The translations under genes and the position numbers were made by a program. The notes under the pieces are model-generated. The model was not told the DNA's origin, did no database searches, and saw nothing but the letters and a program-made list of their open reading frames with translations. Positions 1 to 11,790 of a stretch of 64,000 bases of DNA are shown piece after piece. Positions within the stretch are counted from its first letter, which is position 1. Every line of letters starts with the position of its first letter. This DNA is from Takakia lepidozioides (taxonomy: Eukaryota; Plantae; Bryophyta): positions 7,254,001 through 7,318,000 of the forward strand of contig CM060733.1 of NCBI GenBank assembly GCA_030704615.1, given 5' to 3'.

Positions 1-2910
1 ATCAAAAAATGATGGTGGGAACTCCTTCTCTATAAGACACAGAGTGACAACTGCTTCAGTTCTCAATTCCTCATACTCTGTATGATTCACCACTTTTGCA
101 CACAATTTCTTGAATACACGACATATTCGCAAAATGGCCCTGCGAGGACCACTTGCCATGAGCCCACGGATAGCAAGCGGTATAATTTGCTGCATGAGCA
201 CATGATAGTCATGTGATTTCATGCCAGACAATTTCTTCTTCACCACATGCTTTTTGAAAGCTGATGCGTAGCCTGTTGGCACTTTCAGGTTCTGCACAAT
301 CTCCAGAAAGACTTCTAACTCAGCCTCAGTGAGGACATAAGGGGCAGGAGACATAATTAACGTATCTGCTTTGTCATGATCACGTTGTAGCCACAATTCC
401 GGGCACATCCCAAGTAGCTCCAAATCACGGCGAACTTTCAATGTGTCTCTCTCACCAAAGATCGTTTTAATAATATTTTCAGCCAAGTTCTTCTCGCAAT
501 GCATTGCATCAAACGTGTGGCGGATGAGGAGGCCCTACAAAATCAACGCATAAGCAATTGAGCATTTAATCATTACAATTTCAATAGAAAACGCAAAAAT
601 GTACACAGCCAATTTAAATGCCATGAAGGAATTACCTCCCAATAAGGTAAGACATATAAAATTGAGAATCGCTTAACTCCATGAGTTTTTGCTAGGTCTG
701 TCCTGCTATCTGGTATCCCTCCGTTTTCTACCCATGCAGTGCGAGCTGTTGCAAGCTCCTTGATTTGTGTTCCAGTCTGCGTTTTTGGAGGAGTTCCATG
801 CTTAGTAGTGCCATTGAACATTCTTGACCTTCTGTATGTATGATTGCGGGCCAAAAATCTTCGGTGGCCTAGGAAAACAGTCTTCCCACATGTGTGTAAT
901 TGCTGTGAAGTCACCTCGGGTCCACAAGCTGGACAACCAGCATAACCTTTCGTCACTTGACCTGAGAGCAAGCCATATGCAGGGTAGTCATGGATTGACC
1001 ACATCAACAGTGCCATCAATGTGAATTCGCGTTGACCACGAGGACGGGAAACATCATGAGCTACAATCCCAGACCATAGTTCCAGTAGCTCTTCCACTAG
1101 GGGCATCAAGTAAACATCTATGTTCTTAGAGGTAACAGACTCCTTTCCAGGAATCAATAGTGCTAACATGACAAAGAACTTCTTGGTCATTAACCATGGA
1201 GGCAGATTGTAATTGACCAAGAGAACGGGCCATGTGCTCCAACTGGTGGATTGAGCTCCGTAGCGATTTACACCGTCAAGGGCCAATGCAAATCGTACAG
1301 ATCGTGGCTCTGTAGCAAAATCTGGAAATGTCGTGTCAATGTGTTTCAATGCTTTGCTATCAGCTGGATGTTGAACTAACCCATCTTGGCTCTTATGTCT
1401 GTCGTGCCATGTCATTAACTCTGCGATCGACTTACATCTGTACATACGTTTCAACCTTGGAATGACAGGGAAGTGTCGCAATACTTTTCTGGGCACAGTT
1501 CCACGACCAGGAATGTAACGGGACTTGTGGCATACTAGGCAAATGGTTGCCTTCTCATACTCCGCACGGAAGAGTACACAACCATCATCACAGGCATGAA
1601 TCATCTTGTATTACAATCCCATTTTGGCAATCATGGTTTTTGCTTCATAGTGAGTTTTCGGCAATGAATTCTTGGCCGGCAGAAAACTCTTACGCAACAA
1701 TCCCAGTAGCTCATCCACAAATGCATTGGTGCATTTGTGGGTAGTGCATGCGTTGAGCAATGTCAAAGTTGCTTGCAGCCGGCTGATTGAGCACCCTTCG
1801 TAAAGTGGACATTTCGACTGTCGGATGAGTTTGTCATACTCATGATCAACGTGCAAATGAGCATTCTCATCGAATTCATCTTGAACATTATCTGGATTTT
1901 GAAAATTGTCTCCATTGTCTCTGGAATCGTCAATGTGGTCGACATGATCGGATCCAATGTGATCGGTTCCACCATGAATGGGGTCTTATCTGTTTGCATC
2001 AGCAAATTGAAATGCTTCATGTAATGCACGCTGGATTTCTACGTGCAATCCACCACCCTCATCGATTGAGCACCCTTCGTAAAGTGGACATTGCGACTGT
2101 CGGATGAGTTTGTCATACTCATGATCAACGTGCAAGTGAGCACTCTCATCGAATTCATCTTGAACGTTATCTGGATTTTGCAAATTGTCTCCATTGTCTC
2201 TGGAATCGTCAATGTGGTCGACATGATCAGATCCAATGTGATCGGTTCCACCTTGAATGGGGTCTTGTCTGTTTGCATCAGCAAATTGAAATGCTTCATG
2301 TAATGCACGCTGGATTTCTACGTGCAATCCACCACCCTCATCTGCATTCTCAATGACATTTGGCTCCCGCTGAAACGCAGGGCCTTCGTTTTCATCATCG
2401 GAATCTACACGTCCCTGCACCACAACAGTCATGTTGTGAGTCAACCAATCAAAACACTCCATTTGTAGCCATAGAAGTCATAGTTGCAGTCACTTAGTAA
2501 GCCCTAACTGACTAACTGACTACAGATGACCAATGAAAACAGGACATGTGCAATAGTTGAAGTCAAAAGGGCAGTGATGTAGTCATAGTGACGTCTGTAT
2601 ATTATGACTACATGACTAGAATCACCCAACGAAATTAAGACACGTGGTAAAGTGGATCGTTGAATTCAAAATTCATACTCAAGTGTTAAAGGGGAAGTGA
2701 CAATCGTACTGGAATAGAACAGCTGCGGAGAAGGGGATCCCTCCCGTGCATTAGGTAATGTTTCCTCACAGTTTCGAACGACATTAGTTTTCCTCCATGA
2801 CACTCATCGCAGTTGCACAACATTTTTGTATGCCCATTGCTTATGGCATAAGCTTCTTCCATTCGCCATAGACGGTCATCTCTTCTATCGCATCCGGATC
2901 CGGTCCTCAT
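1..2910 (-). pseudogene. CACTA TnpD/Tnp2 transposase, disrupted
   Basis: Motifs in order: CNCDEC (transposase-associated domain, 2686-2910), CPLYEGC..LP..YEAK, IHAC..GCVLF, LDGVN, WPVLLVNYNLPPW, DVYLMPLVEEL, WSIHDYPAYG. A GT-AG intron spans 635-535, then DAMHCEKN..MKSHDYHVLMQQ. In-frame TAA stops at 1988-1986 and 1613-1611. Confidence 0.9.
1785..2342. repeat. 279-bp in-frame tandem duplication inside TnpD
   Basis: GATTGAGCACCCTTCG starts at 1785 and again at 2064; the copies are near-identical, and one has a CAA>TAA change. Confidence 0.95.
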
Positions 2911-5900
2911 CTACAAGATCACTTTCCATGCTTTGAACGTCACCCCCTACCCTGTTTGAATGCTACGCACACTGATTGAACTGGATTTGCACCAGCTACC
3001 AGTGCTATATGCACATCGTGTACTACATCTGTAAGTAGAGATTCTGAGTATCCATGGTGAAGCGGAGGGTCTTGGAGGTGACTGTCCCTCTCATAGAGTA
3101 CGAGAAGTTTTGAGAGGCACGGGTTGCTGCCATAAAGGAGGTGGAAGCAACGTTCAGGCAGTCGATAGAAGGGTGAGTTTAGTTCCTGACTTTGGTTACC
3201 CACTCACTGTTTTCGTGATTCACCTTCTCCTCATACCTTACTGCAGCTCTCATAAGCTTCATAGCACGAACGCGGGGTAGCTGCAACTTCTACAAACAGA
3301 AAAGGCAAGCGGGATGCGGTGAGTGACGAGTAGGCACTTTCAGGTGTGTCTGTGTGTGATTAGGCGGGAGGTGTCCGCAATTCGTGGGCAGCCATTACTC
3401 AGTGGTAGGGTGCGGCTGTGCTTCAGCGTAAGGTTTAGGGTATGTGCTTCCATGTTTTTTTTACTGTTCCCTGTAATGGTCATGGAGGTGTTTGTGTAGG
3501 CTTCCAGGAGTGAAACGCCCTCAGAAGCCATGCGCTAGGAAGAAGAAATGTACTGAATGTCCTGCAAGGCAAAGTGCCAGACTGAAGACCATGACAAAGA
3601 CAATGGAGCATGCTGAGGGCTCTTATGAGGATGATGAGGACGATCCACTCCTCCCACGCCAGGGCGAGGCGACTGCGTCATCGGCGGATGCCATGGCGAG
3701 CCGGCAAGAAGTCACCCACACTCATGTGGCAGGACATAAACGGCCATCTTCTACACTACGAACACCTTCTTCGTCTGTGAGTTGAAGTTCTTCACATTCA
3801 CCATGATTGAAAGAATGTATGTTTTTGGTTCATTGATTCTTTGTGGTGGTTTTTCCTTTTGGTGTAATGTAGAGGGGTGCTTTATTTTTGTTATGAGGGG
3901 CTCACAGCAGTAGTGCACAGTTCTTGGCACAAGCAATTAGTTAGGGCTTTCTAGACACTTCAAGCAGACAAATTGCAGGGACACTTATCTTTCATGGACC
4001 CATCAGGTTTGTCCCTTTGAATGCTTGATATTGATTTTCAGGAACAACCCATACCTAAAAGGGTTCAGAAAAGTACTGGGAGCACATCATTGGGGCCAAT
4101 CAAATTTGGGAGATTTACTGCCCAAGATCATACTGACTTTTGGGTAATCTTGTCTTTAACATATGCAGACAGAGAAGCACAGCTAAACATGTTCTTTCTT
4201 TTGTAAGGCATTCTCCTTGGCTTTCAGCTCCTGTTCCTTCTTCTTCAGTTCCTGATGTCAAACAAGTCCCTGATGTAACTTCATTTCAACATTACCATAG
4301 GCAGCCTTTCCTGAAATACTGATAACCATCAGGGAGTAAGAATTGAGAACACCCACTTGAATTCTAGGATTTGCTGCTTGCTGCCTATATGTATGTGGAT
4401 TCACCCACATTGTACTTGGTGTTTGTCTTTTCAGGGCAAGCACAAGCGCTCTATCAACATGATCCCTGCTGCTAGCAATGGAGATGGCGCCCACAACAAG
4501 GCAGGAGGTGGCCCTAAGTCTCCCCAGGTTTTTGGTTCTCTGCCACCAGTACCCCCACCTTATTATGGTATGCCTCAGTACCCACAAGCTGTCACTCAGT
4601 ATGGTGAGGGGCAATATGGAAATGTTGCTGCGTATGGGCAGTATGGCCAGTATGCCCCTCCACCATATTTGCCACCCCCTAATAGCTATGGGGGTGGCAG
4701 ACCACCAGACTATCCTCCTGCTTATGGACAATATGGCCAGTATGGTCCTCGGCCTTCTGGCCAACAGCCATGGCCACCAGTCCCTACTTGGCAAAATCCT
4801 GCAGTGAATTCTCCTGTGCAAATGGAGGTCTCTGAAGGAGGGGAGGGTGCCAATACAAAGAAAGATAGAACCAATGCTTTAAGGAGGGCTAATAGCACAG
4901 CCAAAGTTGAGGCTGCGAAGGTGAAGGAAGAGAGGATAGCTGCATGTCTTCCTCCAACGGTAGTTATGACGAACACCAAAGAACACTACAACAGATTGCG
5001 GCTTTTACGTCTTTGTGTTATGACTGCAAATGCAGTTATGGAAGCCATTTACGACTTCCTGACTCTGAAGACGTAAAAGCCTAGTCAGTTGTGACATGGC
5101 AGATATGACTCTCCAGGCTGGCTGTGACATGGCGCCTGAGCAGCTGTGGGGGTAGTCATACACGTTGGCTTTACTGAATGACTAAACGGATAGTGTAGTC
5201 CATGTCAGCGGCTGTGCAAGAGTAACACATGGTCGATACAAAAAAAATGACACGTGGCAGAGTGTTCTCTCTCCATGACTCTGAACTATGACTACGGGCG
5301 TGCTAATCCAGTTGCAACACGTGGCACGTTGCAGGTTTACACATGGTCCCTCAGCAGATTGACTTGTGTCATGATGGGTGATTTTTTGGGTATATTGCTA
5401 ATTTTTAACATATTTGTATTTCCACCACGTGGTGTAAGTACTATTGGAGAGTGAAAATAGATGTAGTCATTATTATGACTGCGATAGAAGTCATATACAT
5501 GTCTATTACAACAATGAAATATAATATATAATACAAACAGAACAAGGCAGCAAGACAACTGCAACAAGCTGAGCAAAACCAAGAGATTGTACACCATCTC
5601 TATTTATCAATCTATGTATCATTATCATTTTTGTCGCGATCTAAAAATACATAAAATAGTCACATGTTCTCATGTGAATTATATTGTCTAACTGTAACAC
5701 TTTGAAAAGTGTTCACCCAAATCTTCTAACTACTCGTGTATTCCATCAATCTGCAACCCATCAAAAACTAAGGCTTGCATGGCTTTAAGAATCACTACAG
5801 CAAGGACATCTGTTTGTTTTCCAAGTTCTTGCATAAGATGCACCAAGCAACATTGCATTGTGAGACACTCACTCACTATACTCCAAAGCGTCCAGGGAAG

Positions 5901-6689
5901 GTCACTGAGCAACCTGCCAAGGCGGAAACAATTAAGATAATTATCTAATATCATATATGAAAAACCAATGCTAGTGTTGTTTATGGTAACTTCTATCCCA
6001 TGGACTCGTAAACAAACCAAAGCAAACAGGTTGGTGTGTGTTGGCGAAGTCAGATACTTCACAAAGAAACATGCACTAAAAATGAGAGCCAGGAGGATAG
6101 GAAGGTCACTCACGTTATACAAAGACGTCTTGCCCACTGCCCAGCACCCTGCATCACCCACACTTTATCTCTACTCCTTCAGCTATCCATGCCTCTGCAC
6201 AAATCAAGCATTCATCCTTGCCTTGCTGCTAGTAGCTGACAATGACAGCCTACATTTGGAATAGGAAACACCCAACTCAGCGTAGCACACTAGGCGCTAT
6301 GCTGAATTGCGTCTGCTACTCTCTGAAATGTAGCAGACATTCACCTTTATGCCCCGGTTGACCCATCAGTGACTGGGCTCAGATAAGTATTCATTCCACA
6401 GCTTCTCCTCATCTCTGTTTCCTGTTTTTTGATACTTTCCTGTTGTCACATTGGCAATATCATGTGAAAGTCACTCCAAACTAGATTCACTCAACCAGCT
6501 AACTTGCAGAATTGCTCCTTCAGCTATCCATGCCTTTGCACAAATCATGCATACATCCTCGCCTTGCTGCTAGCAGGTGACAATGACAGCCTAGAATTGT
6601 CAAAGCAAACACTAGCAGGGAAAACAGGGTGAAATATGGTGAAGAAGGTACGATCACCCCTTTCCCCATCATTTGCTTTCAGATCTCCA

Positions 6690-6840
6690 AAGCCCCATCC
6701 TGCGCTCCTACTCTGCACACCCTGCAAGCATCGCATTCCATGACACCACATCTCGTTCAGCCATACTCCCTTGGCATCCTCAATGCTCCCACATTTAGCA
6801 TACATCGCCACCAGAGCAATGTTCAGGATGACATCTCGTG
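6690..6840 (-). pseudogene. Captured PLS-PPR fragment
   Basis: Translates as MYAKCGSIEDAK.V followed by frameshifted DVVSWNAMLAG-like sequence. Confidence 0.75.
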
Positions 6841-7117
6841 CTCTCTCTTTTTATGTCTCTCTAGTCATTCACGGCCAGAGAAACAGCTGGATTGCGCACC
6901 TGATTGTGCAGAGGTTCAGAAACACGGCCACCATGTCACCATGGACCTGCCAGGCCAAGATCCACTCAACCAGCTAACTTGCATAATTCAACATGAAAAT
7001 TTAGGGGAAACAGGGTGAAATGTGTTGAACAAGGTACCTTGATTAGCAGTGTCTGATTTTATCAATTGTGCCGCTGCTTCTGTAGATTCCAGTTGACCAT
7101 CTACCTATGCAGGACCT

Positions 7118-7930
7118 ATGATGGACCTCTGTGCCCTTTCCCAGAGCTGCCAGGCTCGCATTGGGCATACATGTCCACCTGGGCATAGTTCAAATGACAT
7201 CTGGTACAATTCCAGCTTTGACATTGACACCATGGATCTGCTCCATTTTCCAGGGTGTCAGGCTCGCATTTGGCATAGATGTCCACCAGAGCAGAGTTCA
7301 GAATGACATCTGGTACATTTCAGCTTTGACAATATCACCGTGGACCTGTCCGTCCATTCCATAGCTATCAGACTCACATTTGGCATACATGTCACCAAGG
7401 CAGTGTTCAAAATCAGATTTGGTGTACAGTTCCAGCTTTGACAATGTCATCATGGACCTCTACACCCTTTTCCAGGGCTGCCAGGCTCGCCTAAACTTGT
7501 GTTCAGAATCACATATGGTACGTTCCAGCTGATTTGACGATGTCACCATGGCCTCTAGTGCTCTCTTTTCCAGGGCTGTTAGGCTCACATTTGGCATACA
7601 TGTCTAGGGCAGTGCTCAGAATCACATCTGGTACAATTCCAGCTTTGACAATGTCACCATGGACCTCTTTGCCCAGTTCTAGGGCTGCCAGGCTCACATT
7701 TGGCATACATGTGCTGCATGGCAGTGCTCAGAATGACATCTAGTACAATTCCAGCCTTGACGATGTCACCTAGGAACTTTGCGCCCTTTTTCAGAGGTAG
7801 AATGCTCGCATTTGGCATACATGTCCACCAAGGCAGTGCTCAGAATCATACCTGTTACAATTCGCGCTTTGAAGATGTCACCATGGAAGTCTTTGCCCTT
7901 TTCCAGCCCGCTGCCATGCTCGCACATGCT
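7118..7930 (-). repeat. PPR-derived minisatellite, about 113-123 bp x about 6.5 copies
   Basis: Each unit encodes a degenerate SLAALEKGKEVHGDIVKAGIVPDVILSTAL.DMYAKC; the + strand motif TTTGGCATACATGTC recurs about every 120 bp. Confidence 0.85.
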
Positions 7931-8871
7931 TTGCCCCCACAAACCAACGTGATGTGGTCAGGTTGAAGTACACCTCTCCCCGTACCTGATTATAGGGGCA
8001 CATAGAGGACCTTGAGGATGATCTGAAGGGCCTACCTCTACCCTTGACACCAGACCTAAAATTTAAACTCAAGTTGGGGAGTCTATCTTTGCACAAAACC
8101 AGATGTAGAGAGGTAAAGGAGATAGTAAATGTCCGACATGCCAACGGCCTGAAGATGATATCCGTTCTTTGATACAATGCGTGAGTAACATCAAAGTCAC
8201 TCCAAACCGCCACAGATCCACCCAACGAGCTAACTTACATGACCCATGGGGGATTTGACTGACCATGAACCCAAGAGGACCTCTTGTGTGTGCTGCTTGT
8301 GTCTGTAGTCAGGTAATGTCGGATTGGTCAGTGAGAACCACCACGGTGCAGCTAAGCGGGCAGAGATTGAAACACGGCCTGCTAAGACCAAGCTGACTCT
8401 CCCAAGAACCTTGTAAACATCAGGAGGAATACCAAATCATGGTACTAACAGGAGCCAACAACCCACATTTGCATGATGGACAAACTTCTTCACATCGTAC
8501 ATTAAGAAAAAGCCACACGGTCCTTGCGATTGCGGTTGTTCCACATCGTGAAGGATCTTTTATAAACTCATGCCAGCTCTGCTCCGTGCTGCAAATTCAA
8601 GGCCGAGCGGGTAAAGATTGAAACACGGCCTACTAAGACGAAGCTGACTCTCCCAAGAACGGCGAGCTCCCAGCCGAAACCTCCTCGCACACATACCCTA
8701 GCATTTCTAGGGTTGCTTGCTTCAGATGCGAAGGTTGCTCCAACTGCGGGCCTCCCATGCATGTTTGTCCTCCCTCCCGCTAGCTCTAAGTCTGTTCACG
8801 GCTATCGCGATGGGCAATTTTTTTAAGTTTTTTAACCTTGTTGCAAACCCTATAAGCAACTTTTTGATTTA

Positions 8872-8876
<5 letters not shown>

Positions 8877-8912
<36 letters not shown>

Positions 8913-9082
8913 CAGGCCCTTGAGGAGGGGGAAAATTAACCCCCTTTCATTTATGGGCCATGAGACCTACAGGACGATCAGCCCAGACATACCGTCATGA
9001 ACAATCCCACACACGGAGTAGGGCAGTGGGTTTGAACCCCGAACCACCAGGGCGACACACTGTGCACTTACCAGCTGATGTG
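8877..9082 (-). mobile_element. Putative tRNA-derived SINE with poly(T) tail
   Basis: On the - strand: A-box-like AGCTGGTAAG (9076-9067), B-box GGTTCAAACCC (9038-9028), a body of about 115 bp, then a T run of about 33 nt. No clear TSD seen. Confidence 0.5.
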
Positions 9083-10282
9083 TTTTTTTTTAATCTTTTG
9101 CACTTTGTTTTTCTTTGTTTTTTTTATAGAATTCATTCTAGTGGTCCGAGTTTCCGTTTTTTATAAATATAAATACTCATATATTATATATATAACTAGA
9201 AAAGCATACACGTGCAGTCATGTAGTGATTCTTCCATGTGATGATTTGGCAGAATGCATTAGAGTGAGAGTCATAAAGTCATATGTCCATCTAGCAATAT
9301 GCACACATCATTCCAGTGTAGCCATGACCGTGACTCGTAGTCATATCCGCCATGCCAATATTCGTGGTCAAACATGTTTGACCTGTGTTGCGCAAAGTCC
9401 GGAGTCATGCAGTCGCATATACGCCTTTCCCCAGACCAGCATTATGACTTCAGAAGCATTTACGACTGCAAATGGCATTTCTGTCACAAATTTGTCATGA
9501 CTGCGCACCCAGAGTCATAAAAGCCGCAATCTGTTGTAGTGGGAGCCCCGTATGGTCAACACGTAATGTATGGCATGCTGCCCTTAAAGGACAAGCTCTT
9601 CGTAAGCTAGATTGTTCCCTTCCCATCAACAACCAACCTGATGAACTTGTAAATGAAATCAGAGATCACCTGGGCTAAGCTATTTTCATATACGCTAAAG
9701 CAGTTGACTGACCGCCACCTAAAATAAACGATTGGTCGTATAATGAAGAGCCAGTGTTTTGATTCACACACTGCGTGGTTGAGTGGCAATGGAAAACCCA
9801 TTACTGTATCTGATGACACATGGAACAAGCTTGTAAGTTATTGGCAGACAGAGGTGTTCCAAAAAGTGTCGGGCAACATGAAGAAGGCAAATGGTGCAAT
9901 CCAAAATCCTACCAAAACTGGCCGTGGTGGGAAGGCAATGGTGGAGTAACGCTTGGTCAGTGGCATCATCACTACTATGTATTTCATTCCTCATTGAAAC
10001 ACTATGTGTATATAGTGTGCCCTCATATTGGTTATTGACTTGTGGGATGTTTTTGTTTGTGGCATGGGTTAAATAAATTGCAGGAAGCACTATCAGGGTG
10101 CCCTCCTACATTACATGAAATTCAAGAGGGCTCAGTGTCACGGATGTCAGGTGGGAGCGAAATGCGGGTAATTCAATTTTCCACGTTTGCTTTCCTGGTT
10201 GCTTCATCTTGATTCTTGCTAGGTTTTTTTCTATCTACATTTTTGGGCTAGGTTTTCTTAGAAAACTTCCCTTCACTTGTTT

Positions 10283-10585
10283 CCAGTCCTCCTTAGAGGC
10301 TGTAGTGTCCAAAGCCAGCATTGTTGCCATTAAATTGTCTAATGAAAATGAAGTTAGGCAGAAAACTTCCCTTGACTTGTTTTATGTGACTTAGAGGCTG
10401 TAGTGTCAAAAACCGGGTCTGTTGCCATGATATTGTCAGATGAAAATGAAGTTAGGCAGAAAACTGACCTTCACTTGTTTCTAGTCTGTGACATGGGGGA
10501 GGGCATCATTGTTTTGCTCAAAGTAGGCGCAAGGTCAATGGCCACAAGGCTACATCAAACAACGTCTTATGAGTACATTCTTTCC
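10283..10585 (+). repeat. LINE-derived fragments (partly duplicated) in a TnpA intron
   Basis: TTAGAGGCTGTAGTGTC..GAAAATGAAGTTAGGCAG occurs twice and matches 61083-61170. The tail GGTCAATGGCCACAAGGCTACA..CGTCTTATGAGTACATTC matches the LINE 3' end at 59670-59720. Confidence 0.7.
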
Positions 10586-11199
10586 AATTGTTCATGCTAG
10601 GTGTTTTTGGTTTGATTCAACTCTATTTTCATGGATTGGCAGGAAGGGAGTCGGGCATATGCTTCTGTAGTTGGCAGGATGGAGGGCTTGGACAAACTGG
10701 GAATCACAAGGACGCGACATGTCAGATTTAAAATTGCAGGTGCAGAGCATGATTGATTACCAAAAAGCCATTGTGGCGCGATTAGGGATTACTCTACCTG
10801 GCCCAGGCCTAGTGACATCTACGTTGGCTGCTTCTGGTGTGACAGTATCAAAATGTTTGGAAGAGCAATTTCAGACGGTAACTGGGGCTCACTCTAAGCC
10901 CTCATGTATTGCCCTCACTGATGATGGTTTGAATTTGTCCGAGCAGCAGCAAGATACAAGGAAGGCTAGTTGTGAGGTAGATGCGGGAGGTCAGCCCAAG
11001 CGACATACAAATGAAGTAGCAGTCCAGGGGGCAATGGTGACAGAAGAGCCTGGCACAACAGATTTTGGTATGTTGGTCTCACGGAGTTTACAAGTGGAGG
11101 AAGATGCAGATGCAGACTGTGACAAAACAGACAAGGATGTTGCTATACTTTCTCCCGCTTACATGTTGAAGCCAGATGTCAGTTTGCTTCCTGGACCAG

Positions 11200-11790
11200 C
11201 GAGGAAGCATTTGCTAATTCTGGACTTAAACGGTTTGCTTTGTGAATCATTTTATTTTGCTACTGGCGTTGCATCCCTTCCCAAAGGTTTTGTGGGGAAG
11301 ATGTGTGGCAAGAAGATGGTAGTTTTGAGACCACGCTGTTCTGAGTTTTTGCAAAAGTGTTTTGAACACTTTGAGGTGGCAGTGTGGTCTTGTTGCCAAG
11401 CTCGCAACTTCTTCCCAATAGTGGACTATATTTTTGCAGCCCACACTAACCTTGTTTTCCAGTGGGATGCCCTTCACTGTGACGAGGATCCAGTCCTCTC
11501 ATCTCGTAAGGGGTATGATTCAAAACCGTTGTTCTATAAGAACTTGTCTAGAGTGTGGGCAGAGTGGCCAGAATGGAGTCACGAGGACACTGTTCTTGTT
11601 GATAACACACCGCGAAAGGCGGCAAACAATCCTCCATTTTGCGGGATTTTCCCAGCGCCATGGAAAGTGCAACCAGATTTGCCATGTGATGATTATCTAA
11701 CAAATGTGTTGTGGCCTCTCTTGTGGAATGCATCGAAAGTTGCCAGTATTCCAACTTTTTTGGAGTCTCAGCCTGTTTTGGGACAACAAC
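11200..11790 (+). CDS. FCP1/SCP/NIF-type HAD phosphatase domain within the TnpA-like ORF 10671-11945
   Basis: LLILDLNGLL, RPRCSEFLQKCFEHFEVAVWS, KPLFYKNLSRVW and DTVLVDNTPRKAANNPPFCGIFP follow the motif order of plant FCP1-homology proteins. Confidence 0.85.

Larger units (their letters stand above)
4984..9541. mobile_element. Non-autonomous CACTA (Pack-CACTA-like) nested in the TnpA exon
   Basis: Terminal inverted repeats CACTACAACAGATTGCGGCTTTT (from 4984) and AAAAGCCGCAATCTGTTGTAGTG (ending 9541). Flanks GAA/GGA form a 3-bp TSD with one mismatch. Subtermini are ATGAC/GTCAT-rich. No transposase inside. Confidence 0.9.
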
